Positions 42,514 through 52,504 of a stretch of 64,000 nucleotides of DNA are shown one piece after another. Where the stretch lies: NCBI GenBank assembly GCA_964019335.1, contig OZ025699.1, positions 434,001 to 498,000 of the forward strand. The letters run 5' to 3'. The DNA comes from Diplonema japonicum (lineage: Eukaryota; Protista; Euglenozoa: Diplonemea). Both the position numbers and the translations under genes were made by a program. Below the pieces are notes generated by a model. The model was not told where the DNA came from, did not search any database, and saw nothing but the letters and a program-made list of their open reading frames with translations. The first letter of the stretch is position 1; the number at the start of each line of letters is the position of its first letter.

Positions 42514-43845
42514 ATGCTTAGCCTTCGGGTAGAGGAAGATTGCGTTCCGTTCGTGTCCGATAAGAAGGCGTGCGAGTCCCCCTTCGACACCCGCAGCACG
42601 AAGAAGCTCATGAAAGACCTGGGATGGTCGCTGGACAACTGGACAGACTCGCTCCTCGAACAGCTCAACACAGACAGCGACGAGAAGCTCAGCAATGTTC
42701 TACGCATCATACTAAACAGCAGTACGTGCAAGGACAAGGTGTCTGTCAACAGACTTTTCACAGAAGCTGCCCGCCGTGGCCTTCCTAAGTGTGTGCAATA
42801 CCTCACCGACGAGCAGAATGTGAACAGCTACGCCTACGCATTGTACTGTGCAGTGGCCGCTAGCCACGGGGACGTCGTAAGGGTTCTTTTGAAACACACC
42901 GAATATGTCAGCCCGTTGGTCGTTTATAAAGCCGCTCGTAACAATGACACCACAATTTTGGAAATGCTCCTTTCGCACGGTGGGGGCCTGAACGAGATGC
43001 TTCCCAGTGGTATGGCGCCTCTTCACGACGCGGTACGGCGCCGTGACGTCACTTGCGTGCAGATACTTCTTGTGTATGGTGCGGATCCTAATGTGGAAAC
43101 CGCTGCCAAGGAGACGCCCGTGTTTGTTGCATCAAGAAAAGGATACGTTGGCATCTTAAAGCTGCTGTTGTCGTACGGTGGGAAACCGAACACAGGTTCC
43201 GGATACGGTCCGCTGCACACCGCGGTGCTACGGGGCAACGACCGACAACTTCGAAAACAGATTCAGGAAAACAAATTCATCCATCCTGTGTTAACCTGCG
43301 CACCACCACCACGCACAAAGTACTCCACTGTGGTGGAACTGCTTCTTGCCTATGGAGGGGATCCTAACGCGCTTTCATGCGATGGGCATTCACCTTTACA
43401 TCTTGCCGTCATGGTGCACAGCGATACTTTAGCGAGATTGCTACTCGCGCACAATGCAAATCCCAATGTGAAGACTTTTAATGGAGCGACGCCGTTGGCT
43501 TTCGCTGTGACGTTGGACGCGATGTGTGGTGGGACTTCCTTCGCTGAGATGCTGCTTGAATATGGAAGTGATCCTGGAGTGATGGATGCCCGGGGGTGGA
43601 CACCGGTGAATGTCGCAGTTGCTTTCAAGGATAAGGCGTTGGAACGGGTGCTGCTTGATTCATCGAAGAAGGTGAAACGGGCGAGGAAAGCGACGCGTGC
43701 CTGTTACAGCCAGGGTGCCACGCCGCCGCCGCCGCGCTCGCCGCCTTCTTGTCGAACGTTGAACGTTTCCTCCGTTTTTAGAAGCAGCGTTGTGAAAGGC
43801 GGGGCCATGGCTTCGAGGCAATGTGTTTGTGTTTTGTTGCCGTGA
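42514..43845 (+). CDS. Ankyrin repeat protein
   Basis: GMAPLHDAV, ETPVFVAS, GPLHTAV, GHSPLHLAV, GATPLAFAV, GWTPVNVAV. The ATG at 42514 follows low-complexity sequence. Confidence 0.88.
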   Translation: MLSLRVEEDCVPFVSDKKACESPFDTRSTKKLMKDLGWSLDNWTDSLLEQLNTDSDEKLSNVLRIILNSSTCKDKVSVNRLFTEAARRGLPKCVQYLTDEQNVNSYAYALYCAVAASHGDVVRVLLKHTEYVSPLVVYKAARNNDTTILEMLLSHGGGLNEMLPSGMAPLHDAVRRRDVTCVQILLVYGADPNVETAAKETPVFVASRKGYVGILKLLLSYGGKPNTGSGYGPLHTAVLRGNDRQLRKQIQENKFIHPVLTCAPPPRTKYSTVVELLLAYGGDPNALSCDGHSPLHLAVMVHSDTLARLLLAHNANPNVKTFNGATPLAFAVTLDAMCGGTSFAEMLLEYGSDPGVMDARGWTPVNVAVAFKDKALERVLLDSSKKVKRARKATRACYSQGATPPPPRSPPSCRTLNVSSVFRSSVVKGGAMASRQCVCVLLP

Positions 43846-44165
43846 AGAACAAAAAAAAAAAAATTTATGAACTTTTTTTTTTTTTTATCCTGGCACATAA
43901 TGCTCGCGGTTTGACACGAAGCATTCTAGTTTATCTCTAAATAGATGTGCCCCCCCCTCCCCTCCCCCTCCCCCATTTGTTTTTTAAACCCCAATATGCC
44001 TACTTTATGTCTCGACACGCGACGGACTCAGAGTCGAGGGCGTCACCATCTTACACAGAAAATATTACTTTTTTTTTTCCGTTCTTGTTATAAAACCTCT
44101 ACCTATCCATCTCCTATTTTTTTTTTTTTTTCTTCTTTAGTTACTTATAGTAATTCCTTTACCAA

Positions 44166-44212
<47 letters not shown>

Positions 44213-44292
44213 AACCAACAAAAAAAAAATCAACCAGGGTTTTTTTATTTTTATTTCTTTATTCCTGCTTGAGCGATATCTCTCTGACTTTT

Positions 44293-44451
44293 TTATTTAT
44301 TTTATTTTATTTTATTTTATTTTATTTTATTTTATTTTATTTTATTTTATTTTATTTTATTTTATTTTATTTTATTTTATTTTATTTTATTTTATTTTAT
44401 TTTATTTTATTTTATTTTATTTTATTTTATTTTATTTTATTTTATTTTATT
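44293..44451. repeat. (TTTTA)n microsatellite
   Basis: About 30 tandem pentamers. Confidence 0.95.
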
Positions 44452-44552
44452 GCCCTCCCCCCCCCCCTCCTTCTTTTTTTTTTACAACAACCCCTTACTC
44501 ACAGGTTTCTCCTTTTTTTGTCAAAAAAAAAAAAAAGATTAGTTCGACGGAG

Positions 44553-47500
44553 ATGACTGACACGCCCCCCCGGGCTTCCAAAATGCTCGGCAACGAAGAA
44601 GGCGGACATGGCGTGAAAGTGGGGGAATTCGAAAGGCCGAACCTCATGGCTGCGGTGTACTTCGTGATGGTGAAGAACGCGCGGCTGAAGATGCGGTCGT
44701 GGGTGGGGATGCTGGTGGAGACCCTCCTTCCCGCCCTGTTCATGACAATGCTTGTTCCCGCCTACGTCGCTGCAGGTTTTCAAAACCACGGGAACAGGGA
44801 ATTCCTGGACAACCACATGAACCCCAACGATTACTTCCGTCCCTGGATGTGCACGCGGAACGGGCAGACGGTCCCTTCAGGGTACTCCCTCTGCACGGAC
44901 AGTCCGCCTGAGCATCATTGCCTTGGAAACCTGTGTTTGAACTCATCTTTATCTGACAACGGTAAGGTCAGTGAAGTGCTGCAGCCGTGGTATCAAGTCA
45001 CAAATTCCACGTCCATTCCCAGCTTCGATGTTGTAGCCCTGTGGAGGAACTACGCAATGACGAAATCCCTTCCTGGAGAGAGCGAGGAGGGGGTCAATAT
45101 GGCGAATGCGTTGAGAACAGGGATCAACATCAGCGTGCACGGGGATGGTGCGGCACGCTTCGACGACTGGTTCACGCAGAACACGTACACGTACCAGTTC
45201 GTGAGGACGAACCAGTTTGCAACGGAGAAGGAAGCGACCGACTACGCGTCCACACGTTCCGGGTCTAGCAAGATCTGGGCTGTCATTGTCCTCACAGGAA
45301 ACACCGAGATCTCCATCAGAATGAACCGTACCTCCACGCCCACTGAGGTGGAGTCTTCTGACACCAACGGTCTTAGCGGAAGTTTCCGCACCTACCTTGG
45401 CGGGGGATTCCTCACCATCCAGACACTCTACACTCGCAACATCACAGGGTCAACTGTTGCAGACGAGCCTCTCCTGGTCCCCATGCCCGTGCAGGGGTAC
45501 CGCTCCAACAGTTTTCTGAAGAGTGCTGGAGACTTCCTCCCGATGATCATGACGCTCGCCTTCCTCTTCCCCCTCTCGCAGATCGTGTCCGCCATCGTGA
45601 AGGAGAAGGAGTCGCGCATCCGAGAGGCGATGCTCATCATGGGGCTGCCCTCCGCCGCCTTCAAGCTCTCCTGGCTCCTTACTACGATGCTTCAAATGAC
45701 AATCACGGGCCTCCTCCTCTCTATTGTGGTGGTAGCCTCCTTCTTGAGCGACGTGAACTACAGCATCGTCCTCATCGTGTGCCTGAGCTACTGCCTGTCT
45801 CTGGCGGCAGCTGGAATCCTGATGTCTGTGTTCTTCTCGAAGGCGTCGCTCGCGAGTCTTGTGAGCCCGATGATCTACCTGATGACGGCGATCCCTTCGT
45901 TCATCTTGACAAATCCGGCTTTGACTACAAAGCGGGGTTTGTCTTGCTTCAACACGTACGCCTTTTCGCAGGCCTTGGACATCCTCTTCAAGGCATCAGG
46001 CAAGGGCGACCCGATGACCTGGGGCAACGCCGGGAACGGTTCGTACTCCCTGCTGACGGCCCTGGGCTTCATGTGGGGCGACATGGTGGTCTACCTCCTG
46101 CTCGCGGCGTGGCTGGACCAGGTGCTGCCCAGCGAGTGGGGGGCGAAGAAGCCCTTCTACTACTTCTGCTGGCCGCCCTTGTGGTTCAAGTCGGAGGGGA
46201 CTGAAGACGAAGATGATATTGAAGACGGGATGATGAACCGGGACAACCTGGAGGCAATCACGGACCAGAATCTCCTCCAAAAGGAGAGGATCAAGGTGAA
46301 GAACCTTCGGAAGGAGTTCCACATGGACGGCAACACGAGAGTCGCTGTGAACAACGTGAACCTGTCGCTGTACGAGGGGCAGATCCTGGCGCTGCTGGGG
46401 CACAACGGAGCGGGGAAGACGACCCTCATCAACATGCTGACGGGGATGCTGCCTGTGACCTCGGGGGATGCCTCCGTGTTCAACAACTCGGTGCGGTACA
46501 ACATGGAGGCGGTGAGGAAGGACATCGGGCTGTGTCCGCAGCACAACATCTTGTGGGACAACATGACGTGCGCGGAGCACCTCCGCTACTACGGACGGGT
46601 GAAGGGGGTGCCCTCGGCGGAGTTGGAAGAGCACGTGGACGACATCCTGAGGAAGGTGGAGCTGGACGACAAGAAGGACGTGTACTCGATGGCGCTGTCT
46701 GGCGGGATGAAGCGGAAGCTCAGCGTGGGGATCTCCTTGATGGGGGGCCCGAAGTTCCTGATCCTCGACGAGCCGACTGCCGGGATGGACGTGCAGGCAA
46801 GGAGGGCGGTGTGGGATCTGCTGAAGACGGTGCGGGCGGGGCGCACCATCCTGCTGACGACGCACTTCATGGACGAGGCGGACCTCTTGGGGGACTCGAT
46901 CGCCATCCTGCACGACGGGCGCGTGAACTGCTGGGGGTCGTCGTTCTTCCTGAAGCAGAAGCTGGGGGTGGGCTACAACCTCACCATGGAGCTGGCGCCG
47001 GGGACGAACGTCTCAACCATCACCAACACCATCAAGGAGGAGGTGGGCCCGCTGAGGGGAGATGGTGACGAGCAAAACATCGAGCTGCTGTCGTCGGCCG
47101 GGTCGGAGCTTGCATACAGGATTCCCATGTGGGGGCTTCCGAACTTCGCGAGCCTGTTCGAACAGCTTGAGGTGAGGGGCAAGGAGCTGGGGGTCAACAC
47201 CTTCGGGATAAGCGTGACGACCTTGGAGGAGATCTTCATCAAGATCGCACACGACAACACGGAGCCGACGAACACGACGCCCGACGTGCAGCCCTCGGGC
47301 ACAGGGCAGCAGCATCTCCTGAAAAACATCGACATCGACCCGGCCGACAAGATGCGGGGAGCGGAGCTCTACAGCTCGCAGTGGACGGGCCTCTTCTACA
47401 AGAGGTTCATCTACAGCAAGCGCGACAAGTGCACCGTGTGCTTCCAACTCGTGCTGCCTGTAGTGGTGGTGCTGTTCACGCTTGCTTTGGTGACGACTTC

Positions 47501-49628
47501 TGTGGGTGAGCTGGGTGAGATCAGCCTGTGGGGGTATGAGGAGGAATCCATCTTCCCCGTGTCGCCTGTGAACAGCCCGTACGCAGTGGGAGGGTTGATC
47601 GGTGGCATGACCCCAATGCCTGCTGACTACGGGACAGCGGCGAACATGAGCAACTACCTGCTGCACAGGGACGGGAGAAACGTGAAGTGCTGGCAGGCTC
47701 TGTTCCAAGAGACGGCCGGTTTAACAACCCCACGAACAGCCTTCTTCAACTCAAGTGAACCACACAGCATTCCTATCATGTTGAGCGGGTACGCTTCGCT
47801 GCTTTACAGAGAGACCCAGAATGCGTCCGGTGGGATCTACGTGACGAACAGCCCCCTCCCTTACAGCGACTACTACAAAGACAGGGAGAAGTCCATGATG
47901 GCTGTGATGATCGCGATCAACATCATCCTCCCCTTCTGCTTCATCCCCGCCAACTACGTCGCCTTCCTTGTGAGGGAGCGCGTCAGCAAGTCGAAGCACG
48001 TGCAGATCGTCTCGGGGGTGCGCCTCAGCGCCTACTGGATGTCCAACTTCTGCTGGGACCTGGTTTCCTTCATCGTCTCCACCTTCCTCTCCATCCTGAT
48101 ATTCCTCCTGTTCAACAGGGAAGAGTTCGTCGGGAGCTCGGAGGCCTTCATCGCCGTCTTGTTGCTGTTCTTCTTCTACGGGGTGACCGCGATCTTCGCC
48201 TCGTACTTTGCATCCTTCTACTTCGAGAGCGCCACGACGGGGCAGAACACGGTGCTGCTCGGGAACTACTTCTCGGGGTTCGCGCTGACCATCACAATCG
48301 CGATTCTGCAGCTACTCAGCTCAACGAAGGACGTGGCGAAGGTGCTGCGGTTCATCTTCCGCGTGGTCCCGGCCTTCTGCCTCGGGGACGGGGTCCTGGC
48401 CTTGGCACAGCTGCCGGCGAACCGCAGAATGGGAGCGACCTCCGACACGCCGCTGTCGATGGACGTGGTGGGGTGGGACATCGTGTTCATGTGCATCATG
48501 TTCCCCCTGTACGCGTTTGGGGCGATGTCGCACGACTTCCCGGAGATCTGGTACAAGCTCGGGCTGCGGACGCCTCCCAACACGGACGGGGTGGCGGACG
48601 AAAGGGCCGCCATCATGGACGACGACGTCGCAGCGGAGAAGGCAGCGGTGATGGCGAAGCGGGACGGGGACGTGGTGGAGGTGCGCGGGGTGCGAAAGGT
48701 GTACCCGGCCCGCGGGAACCAGCCTCCGAAGGTCGCGGTGCGCGAGGTGACGTTCGGTGTGAAGACGGACGAGATCTTCGCCTTCTTGGGGACGAACGGG
48801 GCGGGGAAGACGAGCACCATCTCCGTTCTGGCGGGGGACTACGCCCCGACGGCGGGGACGGCCTCGATCAAGGGCCACGACGTAGTGACGGACGCTGCGG
48901 AGGCGAAGAGGGAGCTTGGGTACTGCCCGCAGTTCGACGCGCTGCTGGACATGCTGACGCCGAGGGAGCACATCGAGCTGTACGCCTCGCTTCGCGGGGT
49001 CCCGACAAGCATAAGGGGCGAGATGGCGAACAGCCTGATCCAGGTGCTGGGGCTGCAGGAGCACGAGAACACGGTCTGCAAGAAGCTGTCGGGAGGGAAC
49101 AAGAGGAAGACGAGCATCGCGATCTCCCTGATCGGGGGCCCGTCGTGCATCCTGCTGGACGAGCCGACCGCGGGGATGGACCCTGTGGCGAGGAGGGGGA
49201 TGTGGTCCGCCCTGCAAGTCATCGGGAAGGGGAGGTGCGTGGTCCTCACGACCCACCACTTGGAGGAGGTGGAGGCCCTGGCCCACCGCACGGCGATCAT
49301 GGTGGACGGTGGCCTGCAGTGCTTGGGGACGCTGTCGCATTTGAAGAACAAGTTCGGCGGGGCCTACGAGGTGCAGGTGAAGGTGGCCCCCGAAGGCGAG
49401 GCAACGCTGCAGAACTTCTTCAAGACCACCTTCCCCTCCTCCGACCTTGTGGAGCAGACCAACCACAGGCTCACCTACCAGCTCCCCGCAGGGCAGAGGC
49501 TCTCAGAGATGTTCTCCATCATCCAGTCCTCCAGGGACAAGCTAGGCATCGTGGACTACTCCATCAGCGAGACCTCCCTCGAACAGGTCTTCATTGCTAT
49601 TTGCAAGAAGTATGTTTCTGAGTCATGA
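44553..49628 (+). CDS. ABCA: Full-size ABC transporter, subfamily A
   Basis: Two TMD-NBD halves. GHNGAGKTT / LSGGMKRKL / LDEPTAG and GTNGAGKTS / LSGGNKRK / LDEPTAG; VKEKE and VRERVSK motifs; TTLEEIF and TSLEQVF. Confidence 0.96.
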   Translation: MTDTPPRASKMLGNEEGGHGVKVGEFERPNLMAAVYFVMVKNARLKMRSWVGMLVETLLPALFMTMLVPAYVAAGFQNHGNREFLDNHMNPNDYFRPWMCTRNGQTVPSGYSLCTDSPPEHHCLGNLCLNSSLSDNGKVSEVLQPWYQVTNSTSIPSFDVVALWRNYAMTKSLPGESEEGVNMANALRTGINISVHGDGAARFDDWFTQNTYTYQFVRTNQFATEKEATDYASTRSGSSKIWAVIVLTGNTEISIRMNRTSTPTEVESSDTNGLSGSFRTYLGGGFLTIQTLYTRNITGSTVADEPLLVPMPVQGYRSNSFLKSAGDFLPMIMTLAFLFPLSQIVSAIVKEKESRIREAMLIMGLPSAAFKLSWLLTTMLQMTITGLLLSIVVVASFLSDVNYSIVLIVCLSYCLSLAAAGILMSVFFSKASLASLVSPMIYLMTAIPSFILTNPALTTKRGLSCFNTYAFSQALDILFKASGKGDPMTWGNAGNGSYSLLTALGFMWGDMVVYLLLAAWLDQVLPSEWGAKKPFYYFCWPPLWFKSEGTEDEDDIEDGMMNRDNLEAITDQNLLQKERIKVKNLRKEFHMDGNTRVAVNNVNLSLYEGQILALLGHNGAGKTTLINMLTGMLPVTSGDASVFNNSVRYNMEAVRKDIGLCPQHNILWDNMTCAEHLRYYGRVKGVPSAELEEHVDDILRKVELDDKKDVYSMALSGGMKRKLSVGISLMGGPKFLILDEPTAGMDVQARRAVWDLLKTVRAGRTILLTTHFMDEADLLGDSIAILHDGRVNCWGSSFFLKQKLGVGYNLTMELAPGTNVSTITNTIKEEVGPLRGDGDEQNIELLSSAGSELAYRIPMWGLPNFASLFEQLEVRGKELGVNTFGISVTTLEEIFIKIAHDNTEPTNTTPDVQPSGTGQQHLLKNIDIDPADKMRGAELYSSQWTGLFYKRFIYSKRDKCTVCFQLVLPVVVVLFTLALVTTSVGELGEISLWGYEEESIFPVSPVNSPYAVGGLIGGMTPMPADYGTAANMSNYLLHRDGRNVKCWQALFQETAGLTTPRTAFFNSSEPHSIPIMLSGYASLLYRETQNASGGIYVTNSPLPYSDYYKDREKSMMAVMIAINIILPFCFIPANYVAFLVRERVSKSKHVQIVSGVRLSAYWMSNFCWDLVSFIVSTFLSILIFLLFNREEFVGSSEAFIAVLLLFFFYGVTAIFASYFASFYFESATTGQNTVLLGNYFSGFALTITIAILQLLSSTKDVAKVLRFIFRVVPAFCLGDGVLALAQLPANRRMGATSDTPLSMDVVGWDIVFMCIMFPLYAFGAMSHDFPEIWYKLGLRTPPNTDGVADERAAIMDDDVAAEKAAVMAKRDGDVVEVRGVRKVYPARGNQPPKVAVREVTFGVKTDEIFAFLGTNGAGKTSTISVLAGDYAPTAGTASIKGHDVVTDAAEAKRELGYCPQFDALLDMLTPREHIELYASLRGVPTSIRGEMANSLIQVLGLQEHENTVCKKLSGGNKRKTSIAISLIGGPSCILLDEPTAGMDPVARRGMWSALQVIGKGRCVVLTTHHLEEVEALAHRTAIMVDGGLQCLGTLSHLKNKFGGAYEVQVKVAPEGEATLQNFFKTTFPSSDLVEQTNHRLTYQLPAGQRLSEMFSIIQSSRDKLGIVDYSISETSLEQVFIAICKKYVSES

Positions 49629-50075
49629 AAGGCATAGAAGAGAGACATAGAAGAGGGGGTTTTACTTTTTACAATCAAAAAGAAAGGGGGGAAATAACAT
49701 GAAGAGAGAAATGAAGAAGAAGAAAAAAAAAGGAATAAAAAGAAATTTTTAAATAAAAACCCCGCTTTCCTCCTGCTTTCCTCTTTCATTTACATTTTTT
49801 ATTTTATTTTTTTTTTGAGCACAGGATCCCGTTTCGTATTCTTGTTCTGTTTTATGCAAGAGGGGGTTCTTTTACAATCCTCAAAAAGAAATTTAATTGT
49901 CCTGGCAAAGTAAAAAAAAAAAAAAATGTATGGGACTTATACAATAAAGGGGAGAAGAAGAAGAAAAAAAGGGAGTGGTAGTGCCTTCTTCTCTTCTTTA
50001 CCCATTTTTTTTTTTAAAGCAAATTCTTTTGATTTTGTGCTTAGTGAGCCTTCAACCACAGGTGATCCAACACAG

Positions 50076-50115
<40 letters not shown>

Positions 50116-50878
50116 CCACCTTACAGCCTACATAGGAAGGAGGAAGAGAACACAGAGGGAGGAAGTGGGAGGGGCGGGGGAATCTTCCCCCCCCTCTCCC
50201 TTGCCTTAGTTCCTTTCTCTCGGCACTTCCATATTGATTTCTTTTTTTTTTTTTTTTTTTTTTTTCTTGTTTCAATTTCAATTGTATTTACAATTCCTTC
50301 CTGGATTATCCATGAACGAACCAAAATCCCTATCTACATGATTTCCCCCCCTCTTTTTTATTATTATTATTTTGTTTTCCCCTCCCCCATTTTGTTCCCT
50401 GTGAAGCTTTGGACATTTGAAGCAAGAGACACGTAATGATACCACAAGGACCCTGCTTTGTGGTACATTCCGTTGGCATTCTTGCCTACTCCCCGGATTG
50501 GATGGAAAAAGAAATAAGAAAAAAAAAAGAAAAAGGAAATACAACTGCAATCTGCTTGCATCTTCCCTTTTTTTTTTGTTTTGATTTTTTGAAGGCAGAA
50601 AAATTAAAATAAAATAAAATAAAAAGATGATGAACAAGAGAAGGGGAAAAAAAAAAGAAAAAAGAAAAAGTAAGGGTGTGCGTGCCAACCCTCTTTTTCT
50701 ACCTTTCTCTCTCTTTTATTTCTCCCCTCCCCCCATTCTGAGCCCAGTCCTCAGGAAATATACAAAGAAAGAATTATTCATTAAAAAAAAACCTACCTCC
50801 CTTCACTTCCTTTCAATCTGCATATTCCTTTTTTTTTTCTTTCTTTTTTTCTTTACCCACTTACTTCCATGCCTAGCT

Positions 50879-50919
<41 letters not shown>

Positions 50920-51408
50920 AGAGGAAACGAGAAGAAAAAAAAAAGAAGAGGCAGTACCCCTGCCTTGCCTTTTTCTCTTCTTCTTTTTTTTTTTTTTTTT
51001 TTTTTTGTTTGTGAGACAAGACAAGTCACAAGCAGCAGAGAAGTATATGCCCATTCCACGTTGAACATTACTTTTGCCCAAGAGAAGTACTCCTTGAACC
51101 ACCCAAGCAACTGGGGAAACTTCAAAAGTAGGGGCGTAAAATATAGTTGCCCTGGAGGGGGGGGGACACTTAATATGGGTGGACACCCCCCCCCTTTTTT
51201 TCGCCTCATTACTCCAGATCTTCGACAAACCTGTAAAAGAAAAAAAAAGCAAAGTTTTTCTGATAAAACCGACACTCCTTTCTTGGGCAAGGGGCATTCT
51301 TCTTGTTTTTTTTTTTTTTTTTTTTTTTTTTTTCGTTGACTTTCTTTCACGCTGCCCTCTTTTTTTTTTTTTTTTTTTTCCATTTTAAAAGATTCGATTC
51401 TTAAGAAA

Positions 51409-51439
<31 letters not shown>

Positions 51440-51449
51440 ACAGATTTAT

Positions 51450-51501
51450 GTATTTCGTTTTTCTTTGTCAAAAAAAAAAAAAAAAAAAAAATTATTATCA
51501 G
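51450..51501 (+). other. Candidate 52-nt poly(A)-filled intron in the 5' UTR of the U-box gene
   Basis: GTATTT...(A)~22 TTATTATCAG, the same architecture as the kinase introns. No reading frame is available to validate it. Confidence 0.4.
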
Positions 51502-51512
51502 GTAGGGGAAAG

Positions 51513-52220
51513 ATGAACAATGAAAAGCTTGGAAGGATCCTTCAAGAAATCTTCGGCGACAAGTTGAACCGTGTCGGTGGCGGCAGGTGGATGGCTCTGC
51601 TTGAGGATGGCTTAAAGTTCCAGTGCATGACTGACGAAAGGGCAGACAGAATGCGTTTTATCGTACCGGTGATGCCCGTGGGTGGCGCACCCAATGAGTT
51701 CCTCCAAAGGCTGCTCCAAGCAAGCTTTCACTCAGCACTGGACGCAAGATACGCAATAGCCGATGGCCTTGTATGGTCATGTTTCATCCACCCCTTAGGA
51801 AGCCTTACTGAAAGCTTTGCTAAAGATGGTGTAAAGCAGGTGCTGAAGCTAGCCCACACCACGGGTTCTACCTATTCTAGTTGTGATTTGGTTTTTGTAG
51901 GATCCGTGGAAAGGGGTGAAGCACCCAAGGCGAGAAAGACGGCTTCGGAAGCTTTTGAGGCCGCTGTACAGACTCTCAAGCCGGAGGTCCTGAACGCACC
52001 GCCTCATCTTTGCGATCCGCTGACTTTTGAGCTGCTTCAGGACCCGGTTCTGATCCCTTCCGGGCACACCTTTGAAAGGGCCACCATTATGGAGCATATT
52101 GCAAGGTTTCACAACAATCCTTTCACCAGAGACCCGCTCAGCGTGAGCGACCTGACGCCCAACAGGGCCATCCAAGAAGCGTTGTCGGAGTGGTCTGGGT
52201 CGAGCGAAATGAACCGGTGA
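51513..52220 (+). CDS. Bacterial CesT/YbjN-like chaperone domain fused to a U-box (putative E3 ligase)
   Basis: N-terminal DRMR..LLQASFHSALDARYA..WSCFIHPL..TYSS; C-terminal PPHLCDPLTFELLQDPVLIPSGHTFER..PFTRDPL..LTPNRAI. Confidence 0.85.
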   Translation: MNNEKLGRILQEIFGDKLNRVGGGRWMALLEDGLKFQCMTDERADRMRFIVPVMPVGGAPNEFLQRLLQASFHSALDARYAIADGLVWSCFIHPLGSLTESFAKDGVKQVLKLAHTTGSTYSSCDLVFVGSVERGEAPKARKTASEAFEAAVQTLKPEVLNAPPHLCDPLTFELLQDPVLIPSGHTFERATIMEHIARFHNNPFTRDPLSVSDLTPNRAIQEALSEWSGSSEMNR

Positions 52221-52222
52221 TG

Positions 52223-52256
<34 letters not shown>

Positions 52257-52258
52257 CC

Positions 52259-52297
52259 AACCAACGATTCTAAAGCTACAGTTTCTGTACTTTATTG
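52259..52297 (+). other. SL: Complete 39-nt spliced-leader (mini-exon) sequence
   Basis: AACCAACGATTCTAAAGCTACAGTTTCTGTACTTTATTG has the euglenozoan SL length and the conserved CAGTTTCTGTACTTTATTG 3' half. The AACCAACGAT start is the diplonemid type as I recall it. Confidence 0.93.
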
Positions 52298-52504
52298 GTG
52301 TCCGACCGTGCCAATAAAGTTCACACAGCAACGGTTTGAAAAGAAAATACAAATATTGGAAGTTGAAGCGCGACACAGATCAGCAACGTAAAGGAGAAGA
52401 GAAGAGAAGAGAAGAGAAGAAAAATCGAGTCATATCAGATCATATCAGATCATATCAGATCACAGCAAACACATTGACAATCTAAGCTACCGCGTCAGTC
52501 TAAG

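Noticed and set aside
43822-43845. CaaX prenylation signal on the ankyrin protein
   Set aside because: The protein ends CVCVLLP, so Cys is not fourth from the end.
20217-49621. Numerous long antisense/alternate-frame ORFs within the RTX and ABCA genes (also over the PPase and ART genes)
   Set aside because: Shadow ORFs expected from GC-rich codon bias; no recognisable motifs.
51074-51290. 10-bp inverted repeat TTGCCCAAGA/TCTTGGGCAA
   Set aside because: Too short and widely spaced to call an element without further copies.
52259-52420. Canonical SL RNA gene
   Set aside because: No tandem array, no downstream T-tract terminator and no convincing Sm site, and the sequence runs straight into the retrotransposon 5' UTR. 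Not fully excluded without the host SL RNA sequence.
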